Below are positions 9,419-18,729 of a stretch of 64,000 nt of DNA, piece after piece (the stretch's first letter is position 1; the number at the start of each line of letters is the position of its first letter). The stretch is from positions 1 to 64,000 of IMG/VR virus record IMGVR_UViG_3300022907_000005; one strand, written 5' to 3'. Made by a program: the position numbers and the translations under genes. The notes beneath the pieces are model-generated. The model did no database searches. It worked only from the letters and a program-made list of their open reading frames with translations, and had not been told where the DNA came from. This DNA is from a virus.

Positions 9419-9751
9419 CTACTTTGTAGCCAAAGGAGTCACAATTTCTTTATTCGGTGTGATGATAGGTGAATTGGTGCCGTAGAGTTTCTCATATTCT
9501 ACAATGAGTTCCTTCTTAGGATTTACTACAGCAGTTACCGCTGCGGGCATGATATGAGCAGTTGCGTTTTCAGCGTACGGTACCCAAGGAGCAAGCCCAA
9601 TTTGCGCTTGATTCGGGTTGTCATCATTCGGCATCAATATGATAATCGCTGGCTGATTGACTTGAATTAAGTCTCTACCTTCAATTTGAATATCAGTTAC
9701 CTTTGCGATAATTTCTTCGCCAGTGATCAGTTTTATTACTTGTATTGACAT
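9419..9751 (-). CDS. conserved T4-like hypothetical protein (Sm-like fold)
   Basis: IKLITGEEIIAKV ... GLAPWVPY pattern. Confidence 0.7.
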   Translation of the reverse strand: MSIQVIKLITGEEIIAKVTDIQIEGRDLIQVNQPAIIILMPNDDNPNQAQIGLAPWVPYAENATAHIMPAAVTAVVNPKKELIVEYEKLYGTNSPIITPNKEIVTPLATK

Positions 9752-9768
9752 AATATATTCCTAAAGTT

Positions 9769-9786
9769 GGGGGCGTTACCGCCCCC
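9769..9786 (-). terminator. GC hairpin after hsp20 (terminator or processing stem)
   Basis: GGGGGCG-GTAA-CGCCCCC followed by AACTTT (weak U-tract). Confidence 0.55.
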
Positions 9787-9792
9787 GTTGTG

Positions 9793-10269
9793 TTAGTCTT
9801 GAATGAATTCGGGTTCACTCTTTTTACTGCCTACTTTAATTTCGACAGGTCTTTTTTCTTCTGGTACTACATGCTCCAGTGAAATGTAAAGAATACCATC
9901 CCTAAAGTCTGCGCCAGTTACCTTTACATCATCCGTCAAAGCGAATGTGCGTGTAAAGTTTCTAGCACCGATACCTTTATATAGATAGCTTCTATCATCC
10001 TCACCGCGTTCTTGTACACCCTGGACAACAAGTTTGTTGACATCGGGCACAACATGAATATTGAATTCATCGTCAGTGAATCCTGCACAAGCCATTTCAA
10101 TGGTGTACAAGCCTTCGCCTGACTCGACAATATTATACGGGGGATAATTATTTGATGTGTCTGGGATTGTATTTAAACTTTCAAACATTTTTTCAAAACC
10201 AATCGTGAATGGTTTCATGTCGTTTGCGAGTTCGTTTAAATTAGCCGCAGTGAATCTTCGGGTTACCAT
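9793..10269 (-). CDS. hsp20: small heat shock protein Hsp20 (IbpA-like)
   Basis: NYPPYNI, YLYKGIGARNFTRTF, DGILYISL; GGAG SD favours ATG 10269. Confidence 0.95.
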   Translation of the reverse strand: MVTRRFTAANLNELANDMKPFTIGFEKMFESLNTIPDTSNNYPPYNIVESGEGLYTIEMACAGFTDDEFNIHVVPDVNKLVVQGVQERGEDDRSYLYKGIGARNFTRTFALTDDVKVTGADFRDGILYISLEHVVPEEKRPVEIKVGSKKSEPEFIQD

Positions 10270-10333
10270 GTGTTTCTCCAATTAAGCGAGTTTATGTTAT
10301 TGAAGCCCTTTCGGCACTTCAAACGTATTTATA
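10270..10333 (-). promoter_or_regulatory. late promoter plus ROSE-like 5'UTR of hsp20
   Basis: TATAAATA at 10326-10333; hairpin TTGAAGTGCC-GAAA-GGGCTTCAA; CTCGCT-TAAT-TGGAG over the SD. Confidence 0.55.
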
Positions 10334-10334
10334 A

Positions 10335-10958
10335 TCAAATAGCCGATAATTTAGATTTTATTTTGTTATATGGTTCAGTGAAATATAGTTGAAAATTTAT
10401 TCTGTCCTCAGTAGATACACTGACGTTATGTGGTTGTTGAACATTTAATAAATGAGGAGTAGTGTAGCAGTAGGAAAACTTAGGCTTCTCAGAGTTGACG
10501 CTTTCATAAAAATTTATTGGTGTCACATGTCCTTGTAACGGAATAGATAGAACACAGTTTCGATACATAAGAGTATCAACATGTACTGGGACTTTTTCAT
10601 TAGCACGAATGAATGTTAGACCTGCAGTAAGACACGCGGTGTCACCTTCGCAATAACGCCACATCAAATCCATAGCCAGCTTTCGGTGTTCAAGTTTCCA
10701 AAAATTGTATACCGACAATCTTACTAGATAATCGCCGTCAGTTCTATCACCAAGTTCAGATTTATTTTGATCATAGAAATCAGATGCTGCCTGTTTTAAT
10801 TCAGGATCATCAACGTAGTCTTCGATATGTGCAACATCAGAAGAACCACCTCTAACGTAATTCTCTGATTGTTTTACTTCATGAAATATATTTAGAAGTT
10901 CAATTTTTTCTTCTGTGTGTAGAAGATCTGCAACAGGCCACAAGTAATTGAATTTCAC
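10335..10958 (-). CDS. putative 2OG-Fe(II)/cupin-fold oxygenase
   Basis: HxD (VHVD) ... HNV ... RINFQL jelly-roll pattern. Confidence 0.55.
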   Translation of the reverse strand: MKFNYLWPVADLLHTEEKIELLNIFHEVKQSENYVRGGSSDVAHIEDYVDDPELKQAASDFYDQNKSELGDRTDGDYLVRLSVYNFWKLEHRKLAMDLMWRYCEGDTACLTAGLTFIRANEKVPVHVDTLMYRNCVLSIPLQGHVTPINFYESVNSEKPKFSYCYTTPHLLNVQQPHNVSVSTEDRINFQLYFTEPYNKIKSKLSAI

Positions 10959-10968
10959 GTTTACCTCA

Positions 10969-11382
10969 CTATGGTTTTTTACCTATGTTATATTTAGTAA
11001 CAAGGTCCCATTCATCTTTATCTTTATATGAGATGATTTTAATTTGACTCATCTCTGCCACATTTTCATGTAACGCTGGCTGTAAAATTTCTAACAGCCC
11101 CCAATCTGAAAGTAACTTAGCAATTATATTTCTTCGCATCAAATCCTCATCATCAATATTCGCTAACTTACCATCTAAAGCAAAAAGTTCTTTGAAGTGT
11201 GTGATGAAGTATTGCCCTCGCTTGTGCAAGATATGACAAGATTGATACAAAATTTTCTCTTTACGAGAGACAACACCGATACGAGATAAAGTTTCTCTGA
11301 TCTTTAAAAAGTCATCGGGTTCAGCGAGTTTGATTTCCAATGGAGCATAGCCAGGATAATCAATGTTAAAAAATTCACTCAT
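10969..11382 (-). CDS. regA: RegA translational repressor
   Basis: PDDFLKIRETLSRIG, LYQSCHILHKRGQYFITHFKELFALDG. Confidence 0.97.
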   Translation of the reverse strand: MSEFFNIDYPGYAPLEIKLAEPDDFLKIRETLSRIGVVSRKEKILYQSCHILHKRGQYFITHFKELFALDGKLANIDDEDLMRRNIIAKLLSDWGLLEILQPALHENVAEMSQIKIISYKDKDEWDLVTKYNIGKKP

Positions 11383-11438
11383 TATTTTATTCCTATTGAT
11401 ACATAATGTTTCGTACCAATATTTATAAAAAAGAGTAT

Positions 11439-11891
11439 TTAACGCCCCCCTTTGTTCAACCTCTGCTTGATAACCTCGATATTTTTGTCAGTCAATATGC
11501 GTAATGCATCAGCCGCTTTAGTATTGCTGTAGCCATAATACTCTTTTAAGATATCAATCAACTCTTCCTTTTCAGGCTTCATCCATTTGTTATATCTTTT
11601 CTTAGGGCGAACAACATTCAAAAGAAAATCATATTGTAGTTTTTTGTCAAGATGCGGACGAGAGTTCATTTCATTCGCAGCAATCACCGTGTCAGGGCCA
11701 TAGCTCATAGCCTTATTGACGATGAAAGGATTGTATTGCCTTTCACTCCAATCATCGACGATAAGATTTTCTTTGCTATGATTAATCGTGTTCGCAAAAT
11801 CGAAAGGACTAATTGCCTTTTTCTTTTCCTTGAAAGACTCCTCGTCGTACTGCTCGGTAGGCTTACCTAACTCTTCAAGATAGCTCGACAT
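11439..11891 (-). CDS. 62: clamp loader small subunit gp62
   Basis: YNPFIVNKAMS, EMN, LQYDFL, YYGYSNTKA; synteny. Confidence 0.93.
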   Translation of the reverse strand: MSSYLEELGKPTEQYDEESFKEKKKAISPFDFANTINHSKENLIVDDWSERQYNPFIVNKAMSYGPDTVIAANEMNSRPHLDKKLQYDFLLNVVRPKKRYNKWMKPEKEELIDILKEYYGYSNTKAADALRILTDKNIEVIKQRLNKGGR

Positions 11892-12807
11892 TCGCCATGA
11901 TCTCCGTTAGACAAGCAGTAAGATTGATCTCTTGGTCAGCACAAAACGCAGCCTTATACTGATAGTCAGCAATGATTAGCACTAACTGCGGGACTTGCTT
12001 GACCTTAGGAATCAGAGTATCATATACCTTACGATACACTGACTGCGGGTCAGAGTCTACACTATTAGCGACCCACTGTCGCATCTTCTTGAAGTCCTTG
12101 TCTCTAAGGGCGTCTACGAGAGCCTTAGTGCTAAGTTCTGCTAGATTACTCAGTACACCCTCGTCAATCACACCACCAGCACCATAGCGTTGTAGCTCGT
12201 TCAGAACCCTACGATAGTCAGGGAAATGCTTCATCAGCAGTTCAGCAAGAACCTTATCATTGTAATCTACCTTCTCTTTCTTGAGAATATCCATCATTCG
12301 TTTGTGAAACAGCCCAGCCATCTTTTTCTTCTGACCGTTCACAAGTTTGAATTCAACCACAGTAGTTCTACTGTGAAGAGGAGCAATGATTCGATTCTTG
12401 AAGTTACAAGTAAAGATAAACCTACAGTTCTTAGAAAACTCCTCGATGAATGCACGAAGAGCAGGCTGTGTAGAGTTCGGATTCAGATAATCAGCCTCGT
12501 CTAAGATGACAACCTTAGGCTTACCTTCAAATGAAACTGTACTAGCAAAGCCTTTGATCTTTGTCCTGAGAACATCGATGCCTGATTCTTCAGACCCGTT
12601 GATTACAATGTAATCGCAGCCGAGTTCATTGCAGAGAGCGCGGGCAACAGTAGTCTTACCTGTACCCGCTGTCCCGCAGAGAAGCATGTTAGGAATTTCT
12701 CCAGCCTCGATAAACTGTTGAAATACTTGTTTCTGCGCGTCAGGCAAAATACATTCTTCCAACGTCCGTGGTCGATATTTTTCAACCCACAAGAATTCAT
12801 CTGACAT
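11875..12807 (-). CDS. 44: clamp loader ATPase gp44
   Basis: LWVEKYRP, GTAGTGKTT, DEADYL, HFPDYRR. Confidence 0.97.
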   Translation of the reverse strand: MSDEFLWVEKYRPRTLEECILPDAQKQVFQQFIEAGEIPNMLLCGTAGTGKTTVARALCNELGCDYIVINGSEESGIDVLRTKIKGFASTVSFEGKPKVVILDEADYLNPNSTQPALRAFIEEFSKNCRFIFTCNFKNRIIAPLHSRTTVVEFKLVNGQKKKMAGLFHKRMMDILKKEKVDYNDKVLAELLMKHFPDYRRVLNELQRYGAGGVIDEGVLSNLAELSTKALVDALRDKDFKKMRQWVANSVDSDPQSVYRKVYDTLIPKVKQVPQLVLIIADYQYKAAFCADQEINLTACLTEIMANVELS

Positions 12808-12835
12808 AAAAACCTCTCATAATAAAAAACACAGT

Positions 12836-13480
12836 TTAACTCATTGTTGCTTTGGAGTCAATACCGTCAGACAAGTTTAGGGTCAATTGCCTACCACCTT
12901 CTTTCGATTGCTCCTTTAGCCAAGCCAGGATGTTTTGCGGTGTCGTTTCTCCATAAGGATCATCGTCTACATTATCACCGTAACCTGGTTCAACAAAAGC
13001 CTTCTCAACACGCATATCGTCTACGATCATTGCATACCGCCAAGAGCGAACACCAAAACCGAAGTTGTCTTTTTTCACATCCATATGCTGGAATGTAGTG
13101 AACAAAGCAGAGCCATCAGGAATAACCTTGACGTTCTTTAGCCCTGAAGCCTTAGCCCAAGCATTCATTACGAATGCGTCATTTACTGATAGACAAAAGA
13201 TTTCATCGATTCCTTCTGCTTTGAATTCATCGTACATCCTTTCAAAATCAGGTAGTTGATGAATTGAGCAAGTAGGTGTGAATGCACCAGGCAACGAGAA
13301 TATGATTACTCGTTTACCTGCTACTAGATCAGCGGTTGTGACATTTTCCCATCGAAAGGGATTGCCCTCAGTGATAGTGTCATCTCGCACTCGCATGCGA
13401 AAAATTACATTCGCAATAAGCATATTATCTGGAGTGTTTCCCGATAGATCCGACTTAAACATATCTGCATTACCTGGCAT
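12836..13480 (-). CDS. peroxiredoxin (Prx5/type II)
   Basis: FSLPGAFTPTCS, SVNDAFVMNAW, GVRSWRYAM. Confidence 0.93.
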   Translation of the reverse strand: MPGNADMFKSDLSGNTPDNMLIANVIFRMRVRDDTITEGNPFRWENVTTADLVAGKRVIIFSLPGAFTPTCSIHQLPDFERMYDEFKAEGIDEIFCLSVNDAFVMNAWAKASGLKNVKVIPDGSALFTTFQHMDVKKDNFGFGVRSWRYAMIVDDMRVEKAFVEPGYGDNVDDDPYGETTPQNILAWLKEQSKEGGRQLTLNLSDGIDSKATMS

Positions 13481-13490
13481 AATTTTTCTC

Positions 13491-14147
13491 CTAAATAACT
13501 GAGCTAGGTTCAAGTGCTAACCAATACTTCATATCAGATGAAGTGCTAGATAAGTACATGAATTTTTTCTTTGAAAGCGTAACATCATATTCGCCCGTGA
13601 TCACCTTGAAGTTCTCCACTGCGAGGCGGCAATCAAAGTCAAGATCGCTTTCACCTATGACATGCCTGAAAGTGTTGCTCTTAGGAGTTGAGGGGTCGCC
13701 GACTGATAACGTCACCGTGCCGCCCTTAGCAACTACACTCAGCATTGGCGCAGATACAATTGCAGCAGCCTTCATTATCATATTCACTTCTTCAGAAGTC
13801 AAAGTAAACTTATAATGCTCATCAACCTCAATCGTTTTGTCTGGTGCTGCGACAACAATGCTAGGATCAGCATAGTAGTATTCAAATTGACTTTGATCCT
13901 TGCCTACTGTCATACTACTCTCACCGAATGCAACATCAGTATCATCCATCAGAGTGAGAAGTGCCAACAGACTATTGAGATCATAAATCGCAAACTCACG
14001 ATCAAATGTCTCAGAGATTGTAGTGCGAGAAAAAATGTTTTTCCCCGTGCTAATCGTCGCTAGAGTGTTACCCTCACGAACAAGGATGTTCGTGTTGATA
14101 CTAGCATAGTTTTTTAGAATGTCCAGGGTGGACTTCGATATTTTCAT
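13491..14147 (-). CDS. 45: sliding clamp gp45
   Basis: MKISKSTLDILKNYASIN, FAIYDLN, YWLALE. Confidence 0.95.
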   Translation of the reverse strand: MKISKSTLDILKNYASINTNILVREGNTLATISTGKNIFSRTTISETFDREFAIYDLNSLLALLTLMDDTDVAFGESSMTVGKDQSQFEYYYADPSIVVAAPDKTIEVDEHYKFTLTSEEVNMIMKAAAIVSAPMLSVVAKGGTVTLSVGDPSTPKSNTFRHVIGESDLDFDCRLAVENFKVITGEYDVTLSKKKFMYLSSTSSDMKYWLALEPSSVI

Positions 14148-14178
14148 AAGATAGCTCCATACTATAATTTGTCGTCAC

Positions 14179-14207
14179 ATTGTACATAATATTCAAGTAG
14201 AAGTCAA
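14179..14207 (-). promoter_or_regulatory. sigma70-like promoter for gene 45
   Basis: TTGACT-17-TACAAT. Confidence 0.7.
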
Positions 14208-14213
14208 TCTACT

Positions 14214-14528
14214 TTATTCAGAAAAGGTCAACTGAATCTTTCCACTACTTTTAGACGCATCGATTATTTCACGATCTGTTGTAGTCTCATTCAAAGCAGC
14301 AGTAAATGCTGCGGATACAGTTTCAAGGTCAACATCATCAGGGAATCTAATTTGAATTGTAGATGTCAACCCGTCATCAGAAGTTATCTGAGAAAAGATG
14401 CCGTTGTAATCATCACATATGGTAGTGATCGCAGCACTGTAGTTGTCAGTTACTGATGTTGAAATGCCTTCCCAAAAAACATCGGTTAATGAATCTCGGG
14501 TAGAAGTTAGTTCGTAAATGTTTGCCAT
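14214..14528 (-). CDS. hypothetical protein (late-expressed)
   Basis: 104 aa, GAGG SD, TATAAATA at 14555-14562. Confidence 0.7.
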   Translation of the reverse strand: MANIYELTSTRDSLTDVFWEGISTSVTDNYSAAITTICDDYNGIFSQITSDDGLTSTIQIRFPDDVDLETVSAAFTAALNETTTDREIIDASKSSGKIQLTFSE

Positions 14529-14634
14529 TTGTCAATCCTCAAAGTTACTTCTCTTATTTATAAGAGAAGAGACGCAGCGGCCGTCTGAGGAGAGAAGTTT
14601 CAATAGGAAAATCGCCGCTGCGCCTCTAATTCTG

Positions 14635-14910
14635 TTACTCGGTATGTACCCTGTCGTGCTCGTAAAGAGCTAAAAATCCATAGTGGATAATCTTCACAAT
14701 GTCCTTACGCCATACATCAGGGGTCTCGCCCTTCTTGCCGTATCGCCCATTATACTTGTCAATGTTTCCATGAAAGAAGCCTGGGCCATGTCCTCGGTCT
14801 ATAATAATCTCAGCAGACTGTAGACCTCCTTGTCCATAATGACCCTCGTAAGTAGAGTCAATGTAGTTTTTGAATTCTTGAATCAATTCGTCTTCGCGGA
14901 ACTTGTACAT
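14635..14910 (-). CDS. DUF3310/SaV-like protein
   Basis: HY ... GNIDKYNGRYGKKG ... DIVKIIHY pattern. Confidence 0.7.
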   Translation of the reverse strand: MYKFREDELIQEFKNYIDSTYEGHYGQGGLQSAEIIIDRGHGPGFFHGNIDKYNGRYGKKGETPDVWRKDIVKIIHYGFLALYEHDRVHTE

Positions 14911-15068
14911 CAACAACCCTCCGTTGGCGGAAACTCTGAGAACACTGGCGGTACCTTCCGCAGTGCAATCAACAGGTCAACGACCTCTACCAATCGAGCA
15001 GTATCTGCATCGATACTCTCAGTCAACTGTCTGGCTTCTTTAATTAGTGATTGTATCTGAGTAGTCAT
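14910..15068 (-). CDS. small hypothetical protein (52 aa, not in ORF track)
   Basis: MTTQIQSLIKEARQL...PPTEGC*; TAATG and TGATG coupling at both ends. Confidence 0.65.
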   Translation of the reverse strand: MTTQIQSLIKEARQLTESIDADTARLVEVVDLLIALRKVPPVFSEFPPTEGC

Positions 15069-16258
15069 TATGAGAAATCCTCATCCATAACAACATCGAG
15101 GGTTACTTCATCTGACTCAGCAGTCATAGACTCTAGAGTAGCACCAGCATCTACCTTAGTGTAGAGATCGCTGAATGCCTGTCGCGTGTCCTCGTCAAAG
15201 CGATTGACGCAGAGTTCGATAGACTTCATACGGTCATCAAACATAGCGTATGCATTGACAATGTGCTCCAAGCGGCGTGTTGATACCAACTCATCGATAG
15301 CACCCTCGCGGAATGTTTTACGAATGATGTCAGCCCAAGTGACTAGCTTGTCAGCAAAGTCCTCGTCAACCTTGTTGACCTTGCCCATCTTACCGAGAAT
15401 GATTTTCTTCTCAGTAGCTGGAGAGGGATACTCCTGATCAACGGTTATTGCAAAACGCTCAAGGAAAGCCTCGTCTAGGATCTGAGCCGACATAAACTTG
15501 CCGTCATCCGAGCCGCGTCCTTTAGTGTTTGCGGTTGCAATGATGTTGAAACCAGAAGCAGGAGTAATCACCTCTCCAGTCTTTTTGTTGAAGTAGGGCT
15601 TGCCCTCCAAGATAGCTTGAAGACACATAAGTTTGTTGGATCCTCGGTCCAACTCGTCCAAGATGCAGACTGCACCTCGCTTCATCGCCGTCAGCACAGG
15701 GCCCTCACGGTAGACTACGTTGCCATCGACTAGTGTATTCCCACCAATCAAATCGTCCTCATCAGTCTCAATAGAGATATTGATTCGGATAGCCTCGCGA
15801 CCTAGCTTTGCGCAGGTCTGCTCAACCATTGTAGTCTTGCCGTTTCCTGACAGACCAGAGATAAATGTCGGATAGAAAATCCGAGACTTAAGGATCTTGG
15901 TTAGATCGCGGCTGAATCCAAACGCAACATACGTTGGGTCAGTAGCGGGAACCAAGTCATCCACTTCAACCGTCAACTTAGCCTGAGTAACAACCTTCGC
16001 CTCGGGAACGGGTGTCGGTGCTACTGTCATAATAGGCTTTCGTTTAACTATGACGGGAGCGGGGGTAGATGCTGCAAGAGCAACACCTTCCATGTTGAGC
16101 GCGTATTGATTACGACCAATTTTGCGCTCAGTAAAGAACCACTTAGGAGCTGGGAGACCAGCACCTTTAGCAGCATCGAGGACTTGAATGCGGGAGAAAA
16201 CTCCTGATCCATTGTCCAATGTTGATAAAACTTCAATTAACTTTGTTCGATTTTCCAT
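15068..16258 (-). CDS. MoxR/CobS-like AAA+ ATPase
   Basis: GLSGNGKT, LDELDRG, ATANTKGRG, LDEAFLERF, STRRL. Confidence 0.93.
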   Translation of the reverse strand: MENRTKLIEVLSTLDNGSGVFSRIQVLDAAKGAGLPAPKWFFTERKIGRNQYALNMEGVALAASTPAPVIVKRKPIMTVAPTPVPEAKVVTQAKLTVEVDDLVPATDPTYVAFGFSRDLTKILKSRIFYPTFISGLSGNGKTTMVEQTCAKLGREAIRINISIETDEDDLIGGNTLVDGNVVYREGPVLTAMKRGAVCILDELDRGSNKLMCLQAILEGKPYFNKKTGEVITPASGFNIIATANTKGRGSDDGKFMSAQILDEAFLERFAITVDQEYPSPATEKKIILGKMGKVNKVDEDFADKLVTWADIIRKTFREGAIDELVSTRRLEHIVNAYAMFDDRMKSIELCVNRFDEDTRQAFSDLYTKVDAGATLESMTAESDEVTLDVVMDEDFS

Positions 16259-16296
16259 AGTATATCTCTCCACAAGACTAATTTTTCTAAACTATG

Positions 16297-16382
16297 CGAC
16301 TATTATAGTCGGTTTTACTGCCTAAGTCAACCTTTAATTGACCAAAAAGCAACTTTTTTTCTTGTTATTAATCAGCAACTTA
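16297..16382 (-). promoter_or_regulatory. sigma70 promoter with palindrome over -10 and IHF-consensus site
   Basis: TTGACT-17-TATAAT; CGACTATAATAGTCG; AATCAGCAACTTA at 16370-16382. Confidence 0.75.
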
Positions 16383-18623
16383 CGCTACCAGATCAATAAA
16401 TTTACCAAGAAACAGTGAATTTCCTGACTTTTTAGACTGAAATTTCTTGAATCCTCGCAAAATATCACCCTTTTTATCAGATTTCACTTCCATCTCCAGA
16501 TCTTCCTGCGAGAGGTTGTCACCGTTCTTAATCAAGTAAGACAGATCAAATCCGTCAGTATCCCGTATTATAGCGAACTTCTGCTGACGATACGATTTTA
16601 AAGCCGCTTGAGCACCTGCATCATTCTCATATCTTCCAGCTCGACTAGTAATTGCATACGAATTGAAGTTGCCTATGTGAAAGTTCACAAGCGTGGTGTC
16701 AACACTAGCCTTAAAGTGCTTCAGCAATGCATTGTACATTATAGTGCGAGAAGAATCCCGTCGGTTCACTTTGTACTGCGTGGTCACACCGTTATCGGTG
16801 ATATAAACATTTTCAGTATCACGCTGCCATGCCCAGCCCTGAAACTGAGAACCTAAATGCAACTCACCAGTAGGATCGCCGTCAGTCAAAAAGAGTGTAT
16901 TCATCTTTTCGATTTTGTGATTACGTTTGAAACGTTTCACAAGTTCACGGGCAACCAACATAGCTTCTAGCAAGGGAGTGCCACCGAGCTGCAAACACCC
17001 AGGTAATGAGTGAATGCTAGTCCAGTATTCAGAATCTTTACTAGGGTTTCTATTGTAAACCTCAGCCAGCAGCAACATGTTGGTGAAAGTTTTCTTGTAC
17101 ATGTTATGTGACAAGTCGGAACTCATCAACTGAACAACATAGAAACTATCATCCTTGATGCAAGTGGTGCCATCTTTCCAATTGTTGCTTATGCTAGTCA
17201 TTTGATCCCAACTACGGCTGGGCATGTTATCATCAACAGCGTTGGTGAATGAGTAGATCTCAAACGGGATATCAACTTTTTTGCAAAACTCAGCCATGAC
17301 CAACGTTTGCAGAATTGTTGCAGTAATGTCATTGCACATTGAGCCAGAGAAATCAATAAACATCATCATACCGTGATTGGTGCCGTTGGGTACAACCGTG
17401 TTAGACAGGAATACATCCTCAGTCAACTTGGTAGCCCACAGCTTTTTCATATTCAACTCACCAGTCTTATTAGTCCTAGCGCGAGAAAGAGTAGATGCTT
17501 TACGCTTCATTTCAAAACGCTGCACTAACTGGTTGATGACTGCCTTGTTTTTAGAGTCAAAGTTTTTGCGCATTTTTTGCGCGACTGCCGTTTGTGATAC
17601 ATCAAAACTGTTTTCTCTTGAGCGAAAACAATATTCCCACTTGACGTTTGCCCAAGTTTTATGGATAGGAAACACCCAGTTCTCAATCTTAGGAGATACC
17701 CATTCAACATACGCATTTTCTTTTGCAGTATCAGAAACTAGCGAGCCTTCATTTTCACGGAACGCAGTGTCAGTCTCAGATATTGGATCTTGAGAACCAT
17801 TGTCTTCCGTAGCATCAGTGTTTGCAACGCCGCCTGATGTAGATTCTTGCTCAGGAGATTCTTGCTCAGGAGACTCAGAATTATCCTCGCCTTTACCGCC
17901 TGATTCAGAATCTGATTCAGACTCCTCGTCACCAGCAGCATCGCCAGACTCTTCAGACTGAGACTCTTCGGAATTTTCTTCACCAGCGTCAGCCGATTCT
18001 CCTTGCTCACCCTCATCTGAATCACCGAAGTTTGGATCAGTTTGAGTTTGTGCCTTCTCAGGTTCTTGCTGAGAAGTCTTGGCTTCAGCAAATATTTCCT
18101 CAGCAAGAACCACAACATCTTCCCAAGATTCAGCAGCCTCGATACGAGGAATATACTGTTGCTCAGTGTCACTAAACGGAACGCCTAACAACCCACCGAT
18201 TTTAAAATGCAAGTTGATGCGGTCGATCAAACCCAGTGTGCCAATGTCACGTTGAGCGACACCGAAGAAATCCTTCTCAAACAATTCACGATAGCCAGCG
18301 TAGAAACTTCTAACTAGCCCAGGAAATTTTGATTTGATCTTGCGCTCAATACGAGCATCCTCAATTACATTGAGAAATGATTTGAAAGCAGGGCCGTAAT
18401 CCATTATATTATCATGCCAGCCCATCATTGGGGTGAATAGAGCATGCCCGACTTCGTGACCGATGAATAGATCGTAAAGCTCAACACTCATTTCTTCCCA
18501 TATAGGCAGAGTAAGAGTGCGAGACTTTAGATCAAACGATGCAGTAGCTACATTGCGATGCTCCAGAGTAACGTTCTCCGCAGCAAGCAACTTAGCTAGA
18601 ATTGATTTGTTTTGTATATTCAA
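16380..18623 (-). CDS. metallopeptidase-like / vWA (CobT-like) partner of the MoxR ATPase
   Basis: HEVGH and NVIEDARIE, acidic linker, MIDAS DFSGSM ... GGTPL ... LTDGD; TTG start with GAGGAG SD. Confidence 0.88.
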   Translation of the reverse strand: MNIQNKSILAKLLAAENVTLEHRNVATASFDLKSRTLTLPIWEEMSVELYDLFIGHEVGHALFTPMMGWHDNIMDYGPAFKSFLNVIEDARIERKIKSKFPGLVRSFYAGYRELFEKDFFGVAQRDIGTLGLIDRINLHFKIGGLLGVPFSDTEQQYIPRIEAAESWEDVVVLAEEIFAEAKTSQQEPEKAQTQTDPNFGDSDEGEQGESADAGEENSEESQSEESGDAAGDEESESDSESGGKGEDNSESPEQESPEQESTSGGVANTDATEDNGSQDPISETDTAFRENEGSLVSDTAKENAYVEWVSPKIENWVFPIHKTWANVKWEYCFRSRENSFDVSQTAVAQKMRKNFDSKNKAVINQLVQRFEMKRKASTLSRARTNKTGELNMKKLWATKLTEDVFLSNTVVPNGTNHGMMMFIDFSGSMCNDITATILQTLVMAEFCKKVDIPFEIYSFTNAVDDNMPSRSWDQMTSISNNWKDGTTCIKDDSFYVVQLMSSDLSHNMYKKTFTNMLLLAEVYNRNPSKDSEYWTSIHSLPGCLQLGGTPLLEAMLVARELVKRFKRNHKIEKMNTLFLTDGDPTGELHLGSQFQGWAWQRDTENVYITDNGVTTQYKVNRRDSSRTIMYNALLKHFKASVDTTLVNFHIGNFNSYAITSRAGRYENDAGAQAALKSYRQQKFAIIRDTDGFDLSYLIKNGDNLSQEDLEMEVKSDKKGDILRGFKKFQSKKSGNSLFLGKFIDLVA

Positions 18624-18648
18624 CAGAATCTCCTCGATTTGAAGTACT

Positions 18649-18706
18649 ATTATAGTGCCTTAGCGCCTCTATGTCAAGAACTATTTCACAACCTAAGTCA
18701 TTGATT
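18649..18706 (-). promoter_or_regulatory. consensus sigma70 promoter with IHF-consensus site
   Basis: TTGACA-17-TATAAT; AATCAATGACTTA (minus strand) at 18694-18706. Confidence 0.8.
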
Positions 18707-18729
18707 TTGTTGGATATTCAAAAATAATG

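Noticed and set aside
14584-14612. Hammerhead-like CTGAGGA...GAAA on the plus strand
   Set aside because: No proper stem II closing pair and no stem III/NUH site
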